The position numbers and the translations under genes are program-made. Below, piece after piece: positions 56,078 to 64,000 of a stretch of DNA of 64,000 nt (position 1 is the stretch's first letter; every line of letters starts with the position of its first letter). Source of the stretch: a bacterium (GTDB lineage: Bacteria; Electryoneota; JAOADG01); assembly GCA_963681965.1 (NCBI GenBank), contig OY820579.1, positions 1,440,001 to 1,504,000 of the forward strand. Direction: 5' to 3'. Below the pieces are notes generated by a model. It worked only from the letters and a program-made list of their open reading frames with translations, was not told the DNA's origin and did not search any database.

Positions 56078-57355
56078 ATGGAACCGTTGATTGGTATTGT
56101 AATGCTTACGCATAACCGGCTACCGATGTTGAAAATCGCGTTGCCGTCCATGTTGCGCTCCTTGACGCTTCCTGCCGAAGTGATCATTGTCGACAATGCA
56201 TCAACCGACGGAACTGGCGAATTTTTGAAGCGTTTTCAAGCGCGCTACTCCTTGCCGAATGTGTTTTCGTTACGAGTTGATCGCTTACCCGAAAATATCG
56301 GAACAGCCGCCTATAATCACGCGATGAAAGATTTAACGGCTCCGGTATTGATTGAGGTTGATGATGATGTGGTGCAATTTCCCAATGAATGGGATCGAAA
56401 ACTTGTTGACGCATTGATTCACGGCGATCGCATTGGATATGTCTCTACCGATGTCGTGAAAGACGATTGGACCGATGGAAATCGAGCGGATGGTATAACC
56501 TTTGGCACAACCTTCGAACAGCTACCCGATGGCGGTAAGTTGGAAATTGGGGTTGTGGGCGGTTGGTGTGCTGCGACTCCGCGAACGCTGTTTCAAGCAC
56601 TGGGTGGATTCCCAATGCGTGGTGCGGGGCTGTTTGAATTGGAAGATGGTGCTTACGCAAATCTATTGTTTCAATACGGGATGCGATTTGCAATCCATAC
56701 CGATGTTAAAGTATATCACGCCAGTGGTCCGAAGATCGCTAAGGCGATGGGATTGTGGCAAACCTGGTTTGCCAAATACGATCCCGAAGTCGATCCCGCC
56801 TATGCCGACATGCGACTGTTTGGTGAAGCGCAATCAGGCGACGGTGAATTACCAGAGATTCTGCAAATTGACGAATCAGTCAATGACTTAATTCATCTGT
56901 TGCGTCAAGAAGAACGGATGTTGTTGCGATTTGTCGGAATACTTGATCGACAAAAACTGCTTCTGTTCGAACATCGGTACGCCGAGTTCGAAGATTCAGT
57001 TTCTGAGCAGGAAGCGTTGTTGGTGCAATTAAATCGCGTGGAATCGGAACGTAAACGAACGATCCTTAAAATTGCAGAAGCACTTCATATCGGTCACGAA
57101 GAGACAACGTTAAACGATCTTATCTCATCGACGATGGGTCAATTCGAAGAAGAGTGGAGCGAAGCAAGGCGGTTACTTCATCGTATTTCCGAACGATTAA
57201 CGCGAATTGTGAGTGACAGTTCGGTGAAGACTACCAATTCCGTTCAGAATTGGAAGGAATCGATTTCATCATTAATTGCTGTGCGAAGATCGAAAGCGCG
57301 TACGACGCCAGTATTTCAATTACCCAATGATCCCGATTTGGGTATAGCAATTTGA
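56078..57355 (+). CDS. GT2 glycosyltransferase fused to a C-terminal FlgN-like domain
   Basis: N-terminal LTHNR, IIVDNASTDGT, VDDD and GGF...ED. Residues ~266-374 align without gaps to the FlgN of this window. Confidence 0.88.
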   Translation: MEPLIGIVMLTHNRLPMLKIALPSMLRSLTLPAEVIIVDNASTDGTGEFLKRFQARYSLPNVFSLRVDRLPENIGTAAYNHAMKDLTAPVLIEVDDDVVQFPNEWDRKLVDALIHGDRIGYVSTDVVKDDWTDGNRADGITFGTTFEQLPDGGKLEIGVVGGWCAATPRTLFQALGGFPMRGAGLFELEDGAYANLLFQYGMRFAIHTDVKVYHASGPKIAKAMGLWQTWFAKYDPEVDPAYADMRLFGEAQSGDGELPEILQIDESVNDLIHLLRQEERMLLRFVGILDRQKLLLFEHRYAEFEDSVSEQEALLVQLNRVESERKRTILKIAEALHIGHEETTLNDLISSTMGQFEEEWSEARRLLHRISERLTRIVSDSSVKTTNSVQNWKESISSLIAVRRSKARTTPVFQLPNDPDLGIAI

Positions 57356-57365
57356 GTGTCTGTAA

Positions 57366-59084
57366 ATGAGCCCGATAATTTCACCCAGTCATGCGACAAG
57401 GCATTACCGAAAAGTATTGGTAGTGTCGTGGAATCGTATGGGCGATATGCTCCAGTTGACACCGATATTCGAGTCGTTTAAAAAGTACTCGCCGGAAACT
57501 GAACTGCATCTGACCGTTTCACATAAATTCGAGGACGTTGCAAAGCTGATTGGTGGGGTTTCGAAAATAATTCCCTTCAATTTGAACTGCGTTCTCGAGC
57601 AAGTTCGCAGTACCGATCATACAATTCAATTGCATCGGATGCTAACGAAATTTGTCGATGAATTGCGATGTGAGCAGTACGATTTAGTCTTGAATGTGAC
57701 GCACAACCGGTTAACTGCCCTTTTTATGCATCTGCTGGGTGTTCCCGAAAGTCGGGGACTACTCTACGACGATCACGGATATCGCGCGGTGCGAGATCCC
57801 TGGAGTCGCTTCTTTTTTATTGCCGATCTGATTCGCGGACAAAGTCGGATCAATTTGGTTGAAATACAACTCGGAATTGCCGGATTTCACCCCGACCGAC
57901 CGATGCGAATCGAAATTCCCGAAGAAGTACAACATCGAATTGATGCTGAAATACTTAGCTGGTCGATTGCTACCGACAAGATCGTAGCGATTCAAATTGG
58001 TGCATCGCTGCCGAACAAAGAATGGAATCACGCATCATTTGCCGAAATTGCCCGACGACTTGTAGCGAATGGATTTACACCGATCTGGGTGGGTGCACCA
58101 TCGGAATTGGAAAAGATTGAATCGGTTGCGATGAATGTTCCGGGATCGATCAATCTTGCCGGTAAAACCTCTGTTGCCGAATTAGCCGCAATAATGAAAC
58201 GATGCCGGTTGTTGTTAACGAACGATACCGGAACGATGCATGTTGGTGTGTGTGTTGGAACGCCGATCATCTCGCTGAATGTGGGTACACCACTGTCGCA
58301 TGAGACCGGACCGTATCAAGCGGGATCGACAGTGATTGAACCGAAGATCTCTTGTTATCCGTGCAGTTTTCACGTCGAATGTCCCCACTATCGTTGTCAT
58401 GATGAAGTCGATGTCGATTCCGTCTGGTCGGAAGTAGCTAAATCGCTTGAGATCGCAGTGGATTATGCAATATCAGATCGTGTCCGAGTATGGCGAACAG
58501 CATTCGATGAAAATGGTTTCTGGGAACTTCGTCGCATCAAACCTGAAGCTGCAACTGCCGACGAATTGGCTGCCGTGATGTGGGCTGAGATCTGGAAACG
58601 ATTTCTTGCACACCGACCGATTGAGAAGTCATTGATAGAAGCCATTCAACTGCGCTTCGCTCGCGAATACACGAACGATTCGATAGCACCCGCTTTCGCC
58701 AATTTGTCGGAACGGATGAGCCATCTATCGAAAATGGTTTCGATTGCCCGAAGTGGAATCCAGATTGCCGAAGCATTACGGCGATTGGATCCGATTCGCG
58801 ATGTCGCGAGAATCGTCGAATTGGGTAAACAACTTGAATCAATCGAACAGAATCTTCAACTGGTGGGATTAGTGCACCATATCTGGCGTCCGCTGTTTGC
58901 AATTTTTGTCTTTGGAAAAGACGCGATGGTTGGCGATTCGATCGATGTGTTGGCGAAACAGACAAGTGAATTGTTTCAAGATTTCGTTACTATTGGCGAA
59001 ACGATGCTCGATCAGTCTACGAATTTTTCAAAGCGGTACAGCCGTCCTTTCGATGAACCGGTGCACGTATGCCTTCCGCAATAA
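57366..59084 (+). CDS. GT9 (heptosyltransferase-like) glycosyltransferase
   Basis: RMGDMLQLTP, QIGAS..KEW, NLAGKTS, TNDTGTMH and CYPC...C...C. Confidence 0.88.
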   Translation: MSPIISPSHATRHYRKVLVVSWNRMGDMLQLTPIFESFKKYSPETELHLTVSHKFEDVAKLIGGVSKIIPFNLNCVLEQVRSTDHTIQLHRMLTKFVDELRCEQYDLVLNVTHNRLTALFMHLLGVPESRGLLYDDHGYRAVRDPWSRFFFIADLIRGQSRINLVEIQLGIAGFHPDRPMRIEIPEEVQHRIDAEILSWSIATDKIVAIQIGASLPNKEWNHASFAEIARRLVANGFTPIWVGAPSELEKIESVAMNVPGSINLAGKTSVAELAAIMKRCRLLLTNDTGTMHVGVCVGTPIISLNVGTPLSHETGPYQAGSTVIEPKISCYPCSFHVECPHYRCHDEVDVDSVWSEVAKSLEIAVDYAISDRVRVWRTAFDENGFWELRRIKPEAATADELAAVMWAEIWKRFLAHRPIEKSLIEAIQLRFAREYTNDSIAPAFANLSERMSHLSKMVSIARSGIQIAEALRRLDPIRDVARIVELGKQLESIEQNLQLVGLVHHIWRPLFAIFVFGKDAMVGDSIDVLAKQTSELFQDFVTIGETMLDQSTNFSKRYSRPFDEPVHVCLPQ

Positions 59085-60658
59085 TTACCTGTGTCGAATC
59101 GGCGAAAAGCGGAGATTTAACCGCTTATTGGAAGACGCCCTCCGGTGGAAAGCGATATCTTCATAGTCGCGTCGATCCAATCCACGAAGCGCATCAGATT
59201 GCCGCATCGCTTGATTGTTCGTTTAAAGAAGAATTGGTAATCGAGGGGATCGGACTGGGTTATTTGGTCGAGATACTACTAGAAGAAAATCCACAATTGA
59301 TAAAAGTCGAACTCTATGATCCCGATCCCGCTATTACTGAAATTTTGAAACTATTTCGACCAAAAACATCGCTTTTATCCGATCCGAGAATTATCTGGCA
59401 TTCTGGTGAGCAACCTTCGGTAACAGTCAATTACCGGTCACCGGCGGTTTTGGGACTGCAATACAAGGATTCGAAAACGACCCAATCGAGAGTAATGTAT
59501 CCTCGATCGCACCGACCTACGGTTATTTATCTCAAATCGGGATACTTCATTGAACGAGAATTGCTCGCAGCATTGGCTGCCGAAGGTATTCGCACTTTCG
59601 CATTGGATTACAAAGAGGGACACAGCTTTATCGAGCAGTTACTGGAGATTGCGCTCCATGAGCATCCGGATTTTTTATTGACGGTAAATCATTTTGGATT
59701 CGATTGCAACGGCGAACTAATCCGGCTGCTTGAGAAAATCAATTTGCCGGTAGCAAGCTGGTTTGTCGATTCACCGAGTTACATCTTATTGAATCACACC
59801 GAAAATCGGTCCGGGTTGGTGACCCCGTTTCTCTGGGAAGAAGCGTATGCCGAGCGGTTAAAGGGATGGTTCGATACCCCCGTTTGGCTCCCCTTGGCGG
59901 GTGATGAAACCCGATTGGTGAAAGACATACAATTCCATGAACAACCGGGTATTTTTGTCGGAGATAGTCAACTGGTAGCCGCTGCCGGATGGCGGAAGAT
60001 GTTGCCTACCGATTCGATTTGGGATATGCGAATCGAAACCGGTGTTCAAGCGATTCGGAGTTACCGACAACCTGTGTGGAATGTAACGGACTCGATCAGG
60101 TGTTCGAACCTAAAAGAACAACTCGATCTCGAGTCGGCAATCGTATTGGAAGCAACGCGACGTCAGCGGTGGGAAGGCGTGAAGGATCTTTCTGATGCGG
60201 TAGCATTGACCGTGGTTGGTGACGAAGGATGGTTGAAAGTACCCGGCAATATTTCGATCCACAACACAGTCGATTTCTACGAGACGCTCCCGGAGTGGTA
60301 TGCTAATGCAGCCTTTGTGGTTAACTGGACTAGTTATCAAATGCCGACTGCGGTTAATCAGCGGATTTTCGATGTACCGCTGTGTGGTGGCTATCTAGTG
60401 ACTGATTCACAGACTGATCTAAGTCGGTTGTTTTCACCTGAATCGTACCCAGTATTCAATCATTCGGGTGAGTTAGTTGGATTGGTACAATGGTTGCTCA
60501 GGAATCAAGCAGCAGCGGAGACGCTGCGTCGAAAACAGGTCGAGCAGATTCTAAGTAATCACACCTACCGGCATCGCATTCGATCACTGTTACGAACAAT
60601 GAGTACAAAAAGATCGCACTCTACAACTGTATCTCATTGGGAAACCGTTGGTATTTAG
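59069..60658 (+). CDS. CgeB/DUF3880-like glycosyltransferase with Maf-like N-terminal segment
   Basis: YLHSRVDP..EA, GIGLGY, NHFGFD, SWFVDSP, NQRIFDVP and HTYRHR. Confidence 0.8.
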   Translation: MPSAIITCVESAKSGDLTAYWKTPSGGKRYLHSRVDPIHEAHQIAASLDCSFKEELVIEGIGLGYLVEILLEENPQLIKVELYDPDPAITEILKLFRPKTSLLSDPRIIWHSGEQPSVTVNYRSPAVLGLQYKDSKTTQSRVMYPRSHRPTVIYLKSGYFIERELLAALAAEGIRTFALDYKEGHSFIEQLLEIALHEHPDFLLTVNHFGFDCNGELIRLLEKINLPVASWFVDSPSYILLNHTENRSGLVTPFLWEEAYAERLKGWFDTPVWLPLAGDETRLVKDIQFHEQPGIFVGDSQLVAAAGWRKMLPTDSIWDMRIETGVQAIRSYRQPVWNVTDSIRCSNLKEQLDLESAIVLEATRRQRWEGVKDLSDAVALTVVGDEGWLKVPGNISIHNTVDFYETLPEWYANAAFVVNWTSYQMPTAVNQRIFDVPLCGGYLVTDSQTDLSRLFSPESYPVFNHSGELVGLVQWLLRNQAAAETLRRKQVEQILSNHTYRHRIRSLLRTMSTKRSHSTTVSHWETVGI

Positions 60659-60678
60659 AAGCATGAAAAGAGGAAAAT

Positions 60679-61317
60679 ATGAAAATCAGCGTTGACAATC
60701 AGCTTCGTCAAATCAATCTCGATCCCTCGATACAACTCCGAGTGGGCATCAAAGAATTGGTGGATAGCCTGACTGAATCGCGGAGACGGGTTGTTCGAAT
60801 TGTCGTCGATGACGTAGAGATCACCGGAAAATTCGATCACGAGAAGTACGATTTGTCGTTTTCGGATGTCGAGAAAATCGAATTGTTCACCGCCGATCCA
60901 TTTGTATTAGCACTCGATTCAATTCCGATGCTGCAAGACTTTATCATGAAAATGAAGCTTGAAATCGGGTCAGCGACTGAATGGTATCGCTTTGGAAGAG
61001 TTGATGAAGCCAGCAATTCAATGGCTCGAATCGCCGATGGATTGACATTGATCACTCACACGATTGAACGACTTCGCAGCTTGTTAGAGCTTGATTTTTC
61101 TTGTCTGATTTTCAATGAGAAACCGATTCTGGATCATTATTCGAAACTTGCCGAAATGATCGAAGAGTTGATCGGTGCTCAAAATGAAACGGATTGGATT
61201 CTCGTAGCCGATCTGCTCGAGTATGAATTACTGCCTGTAATTGAGGACTGGGATGGTATCCTCGGTCTGTTGTCGCAAAAAGGATCGGAACTGCTCAATG
61301 TCGCAGCAATTGCTTGA
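60679..61317 (+). CDS. Hypothetical protein of the flagellin glycosylation region
   Basis: GAGG RBS; AQ...DWILVADLLEYEL.P motif of the kind seen near flagellin loci. Confidence 0.7.
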   Translation: MKISVDNQLRQINLDPSIQLRVGIKELVDSLTESRRRVVRIVVDDVEITGKFDHEKYDLSFSDVEKIELFTADPFVLALDSIPMLQDFIMKMKLEIGSATEWYRFGRVDEASNSMARIADGLTLITHTIERLRSLLELDFSCLIFNEKPILDHYSKLAEMIEELIGAQNETDWILVADLLEYELLPVIEDWDGILGLLSQKGSELLNVAAIA

Positions 61318-61603
61318 ACAGCAGTATGAAGCTCTGACTGATCAACTGTTGTTAGCCGCTAGAGCAGCCGACTGGAATCTGTGTGCTCATCTTCTCGAGG
61401 AGCGCGAGCGATTGATTCCATTGAAATTGTTAAACAATCGCTTAAAGGTAATTCAATCGGATCAGGCGATTCTCACTCTTCTAGAGAACGAAAAAAACAC
61501 AATCGGTAAGCGAATATCGTGTCTAAACCGCGGATATTCATTAATTGATCGGTACTTGTCAGGATCGGTGATGAATGGACGGCGCTTCATGGTTGAAGGT
61601 TAG
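61298..61603 (+). CDS. FliT-like small helical protein
   Basis: LT...L.A....DW.....LLEERE.LI pattern; overlaps the upstream gene. Confidence 0.5.
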   Translation: MSQQLLEQQYEALTDQLLLAARAADWNLCAHLLEERERLIPLKLLNNRLKVIQSDQAILTLLENEKNTIGKRISCLNRGYSLIDRYLSGSVMNGRRFMVEG

Positions 61604-61736
61604 TTGTAATCTTACTTGAAGAAACGGATAGGTAAGTTAGTGAATAAAGGTTATTCAAAGAGTGGAATTACTTTACAGAATTGAATCGATAATTTCAGAG
61701 AAACACTATAAGTATTTATAAATCAATATATTACTG

Positions 61737-61764
61737 TAAAGTTTGGTTCTCCTCCTGTCGAAGG
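61737..61764 (+). promoter_or_regulatory. Candidate sigma28 promoter of flagellin
   Basis: TAAAGTTT-N12-GTCGAAGG versus consensus TAAAGTTT-N11-GCCGATAA; preceded by an AT-rich tract. Confidence 0.6.
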
Positions 61765-61801
61765 GATTGGTGAAGAGGGGTCACCACCCGAGGAGGAGAA
61801 A

Positions 61802-62632
61802 ATGAGTACCCGTATTAATCATAATATTCTTTCCCTGACAGGTCAGAGGAATATTTATGCAACTCAGAAGTCATTAGACACTGCAATCAATCGCTTGTCG
61901 AGTGGCTTACGTATTAACAATGCCTGGGACGATCCAGCAGGTTTGGCAGTATCCGAGCGTTTCCGTGCTCAAATCTCTTCAATGGACGAAGCAGAGAAGA
62001 ACATGGAATATGGCACGAATCTGTTGTCGACGGCTGAAGGTTCGTTGTTGATCCGCATCCGCATGCGATCGTTGTCAGTTCAAGCCTCGAATGGCACATT
62101 GACTGGTAACGACCGAGCAGCACTTGACGTTGAGTTCCAACAGCTCAAGAGCGAAATCACTCGTATCGCCAATGTGACGAATTATAACGGTCTCTATTTG
62201 CTGAACGGAACGTATTCCGGTTCAGGTCAAAACGGCATCAAGCTGCATATCGGTACGAATAATGTCCAGAATCAGGACTATTATCACGTGTCGATGGGTA
62301 ACATGACTGCCTCGGCGCTCGGTCTGAGCGCGACGAACGTGTTGGACACCGTTGCCAGCCAGGCTGCGATCGACACTTTGGATACGGCAATCAATTCGAA
62401 GGATACAGAGCGAACTCGTCTCGGTTCCTACGTCAGCCGTCTCCAGAATTCGATCACGAATATCCAGATCGCCCATGAAAACGCTGTTGCGTCCGAATCG
62501 CAAATCCGCGATGCCGACATTGCCGAAGAAATGTCTAGCTTTGTTCGCGCGCAGATTTTAATGCAGACTGGCATCTCGATGCTGGCTCAGGCGAATCAGA
62601 CACCACAGCAAGTAGCGCAGTTGGTGGGATAA
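61802..62632 (+). CDS. fliC: Flagellin (short, D0-D1 type)
   Basis: RINHN, RLSSGLRIN.A.DD.AGLA and ESQIRDADIAEEM...MLAQAN; strong AGGAGG RBS. Confidence 0.97.
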   Translation: MSTRINHNILSLTGQRNIYATQKSLDTAINRLSSGLRINNAWDDPAGLAVSERFRAQISSMDEAEKNMEYGTNLLSTAEGSLLIRIRMRSLSVQASNGTLTGNDRAALDVEFQQLKSEITRIANVTNYNGLYLLNGTYSGSGQNGIKLHIGTNNVQNQDYYHVSMGNMTASALGLSATNVLDTVASQAAIDTLDTAINSKDTERTRLGSYVSRLQNSITNIQIAHENAVASESQIRDADIAEEMSSFVRAQILMQTGISMLAQANQTPQQVAQLVG

Positions 62633-62647
62633 CACCCAATCGCATTT

Positions 62648-62711
62648 GACCGGAGGGGCGCGGTGCGGTAGGGTGGCGCGGATTACGCGAGGCTCTGCCG
62701 CACCTCCGGTC
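62648..62711 (+). other. Large GC-rich stem-loop in the flagellin 3' region
   Basis: GACCGGAGG/CCTCCGGTC and GGTGCGGTAGGGT/GCTCTGCCGCACC pairings. Confidence 0.55.
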
Positions 62712-62851
62712 TGATTACCGGAGTTGCGGCTTTTGGAAACAGTCTTTCGGCAGTTCGGAAGTACGTGTAATGTTACACGTACGATTTTTCGCAACTGGTC
62801 CGAGTCTTGATACTAATCAAGGGAAAGATTGTATCGGGTTCCGGAGGTCGT

Positions 62852-64000
62852 ATGGCAATACAAAATATGTCCGGCATTTCGTCCGGGTACGATTGGCAAA
62901 AGCTGATCGATTTACAGATTCAACAAAAATCTATTCATCTTAACAATCTCCAACAGACTAAGTCGGATGATTCGTCCAAACTCACCCTTTGGAACTCAAT
63001 CGAAGGGGCAATGGGTTCGCTGAAATCGTCTGCCGATGCAATTGCCAAATCTTCCGGGTTCATAGCAAAATTTACCACCTCCAGCGACTCCGATAAAGTT
63101 GCACTGGATGCTTCCGACACAGCCGTAAACGGAAATCACTCGATCCTGATCAATCAATTGGCTAGAAATAACGTGCAAATGCATGCCGGATGGATCGATA
63201 GCGATACTACAGCGATTAACACTAGTGGATCCGATCAAGTATTCAGCTATTCTTACAAAGACATTACTCGTAATATCACGATTCCCAATGGCACGACACT
63301 CGAAGGGCTGGTGGGATTGATCAATTCGGATTCGGCATCGGTCGTATTGGATGAAGAAGAGACTGAAACCAATAAGAACCTTGGTATTTCGGCGTCGATT
63401 GTAAACGATGGAACCGGAGGAGCAACAGCCTATCACCTTGTCTTATCTGGAAATAATACCGGAGGCGAGTATTCGATTACGATCAACGATGGTGCAACGA
63501 CACTGGGGGGAGCGGGGTGGCAAACCTCGGGATTTACTGTAACGCAGACATCGCAAAATTCAAAGTTTCGATTAGATGGAATTCCTCCGGGATCATGGAT
63601 CGAATCGATCACGAACGATGTCTCGGATGCTGTACCCGGTTTAACTTTTCATTTGAAAGCAGTTACCACGGAAACTGATCCGGTTTATCTGACAGTGGCA
63701 CAAGATGACGGTACAATCAAAAATCGAATAAAAAACTTTGTTGAAGCCTATAATACCGTCGTCCAGCAACTTAGAAACTTGTCGTCGTATGATACCGAGA
63801 ATAAAAAAGCGGCTGCTTTATTCGGCGATGCAAATATCTCTTCGATCAAAGCGGAATTGAATTTTCTTGTTTCAAGCACATTTCCGGGAATTCCGGGGGG
63901 GTCGAATTATACAAGCTTGACGGCGATCGGAATTTCGCCCAATACTGACGGGGATTTGGAAATTGACAACAAGAAGTTATCGGATGCATTGACCAGAGAC
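62852..64000 (+). CDS. fliD: Flagellar filament cap protein FliD (partial, runs off the window end)
   Basis: Manual translation MAIQNMSGISSGYDWQKLID..., INQLA, SASIVNDGTG, TSQNSKFRLDG and FVEAYN; GGAGG RBS; no stop seen before 64000. Confidence 0.92.
   Translation, partial: MAIQNMSGISSGYDWQKLIDLQIQQKSIHLNNLQQTKSDDSSKLTLWNSIEGAMGSLKSSADAIAKSSGFIAKFTTSSDSDKVALDASDTAVNGNHSILINQLARNNVQMHAGWIDSDTTAINTSGSDQVFSYSYKDITRNITIPNGTTLEGLVGLINSDSASVVLDEEETETNKNLGISASIVNDGTGGATAYHLVLSGNNTGGEYSITINDGATTLGGAGWQTSGFTVTQTSQNSKFRLDGIPPGSWIESITNDVSDAVPGLTFHLKAVTTETDPVYLTVAQDDGTIKNRIKNFVEAYNTVVQQLRNLSSYDTENKKAAALFGDANISSIKAELNFLVSSTFPGIPGGSNYTSLTAIGISPNTDGDLEIDNKKLSDALTRD

Noticed and set aside
62780-62806. Sigma28 promoter for fliD (TACG-N15-TCCGAGTC)
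   Set aside because: The match to consensus is too weak to call.
1030-63436. Numerous antisense or alternate-frame ORFs in the supplied track
   Set aside because: They overlap well-supported genes and lack recognisable motifs or ribosome-binding sites.

Overview
Bacterial chromosomal segment. A protein with a T9SS/Por-type C-terminal sorting domain suggests an FCB-group (candidate-phylum-like) organism; this is inference only. The left part (1-13.4 kb) holds a low-GC AlbA_2/Schlafen + HicAB islet, a K+-independent membrane H+-PPase, a radical SAM/SPASM enzyme, a secreted SBBP-repeat beta-propeller protein surrounded and invaded by REP-like palindromes, EamA, panD, a GNAT, a GalE-like epimerase, a CDF transporter, and rpmH-rnpA. 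The right part (13.5-64 kb) is one co-oriented flagellar supercluster: a FleS/FleR-like two-component pair, flgBC-fliEFGHIJ-motE-fliK-flgD-flgE-fliLMN(Y)O-fapA-fliPQR-flhBAFG-fliA, flgFGAHIJNKL, a six-gene glycosyltransferase island, fliT-like, flagellin and a partial fliD, with clear sigma54 promoters and a candidate sigma28 promoter. The most notable observations are: (1) a GT2 glycosyltransferase fused to a paralog of the FlgN export chaperone, suggesting chaperone-addressed glycosylation of flagellar subunits; (2) five REP-like palindromes from several families inserted in frame inside a secreted protein gene, two of which have near-identical intergenic copies nearby; (3) a candidate enhancer motif at an identical 91-bp offset from two sigma54 promoters; (4) FliA with a C-terminal AT-hook; (5) a structured RNA leader before flgE and a degenerate histidine kinase within the flagellar operon. 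All family assignments come from motif recognition by eye, not from database searches.
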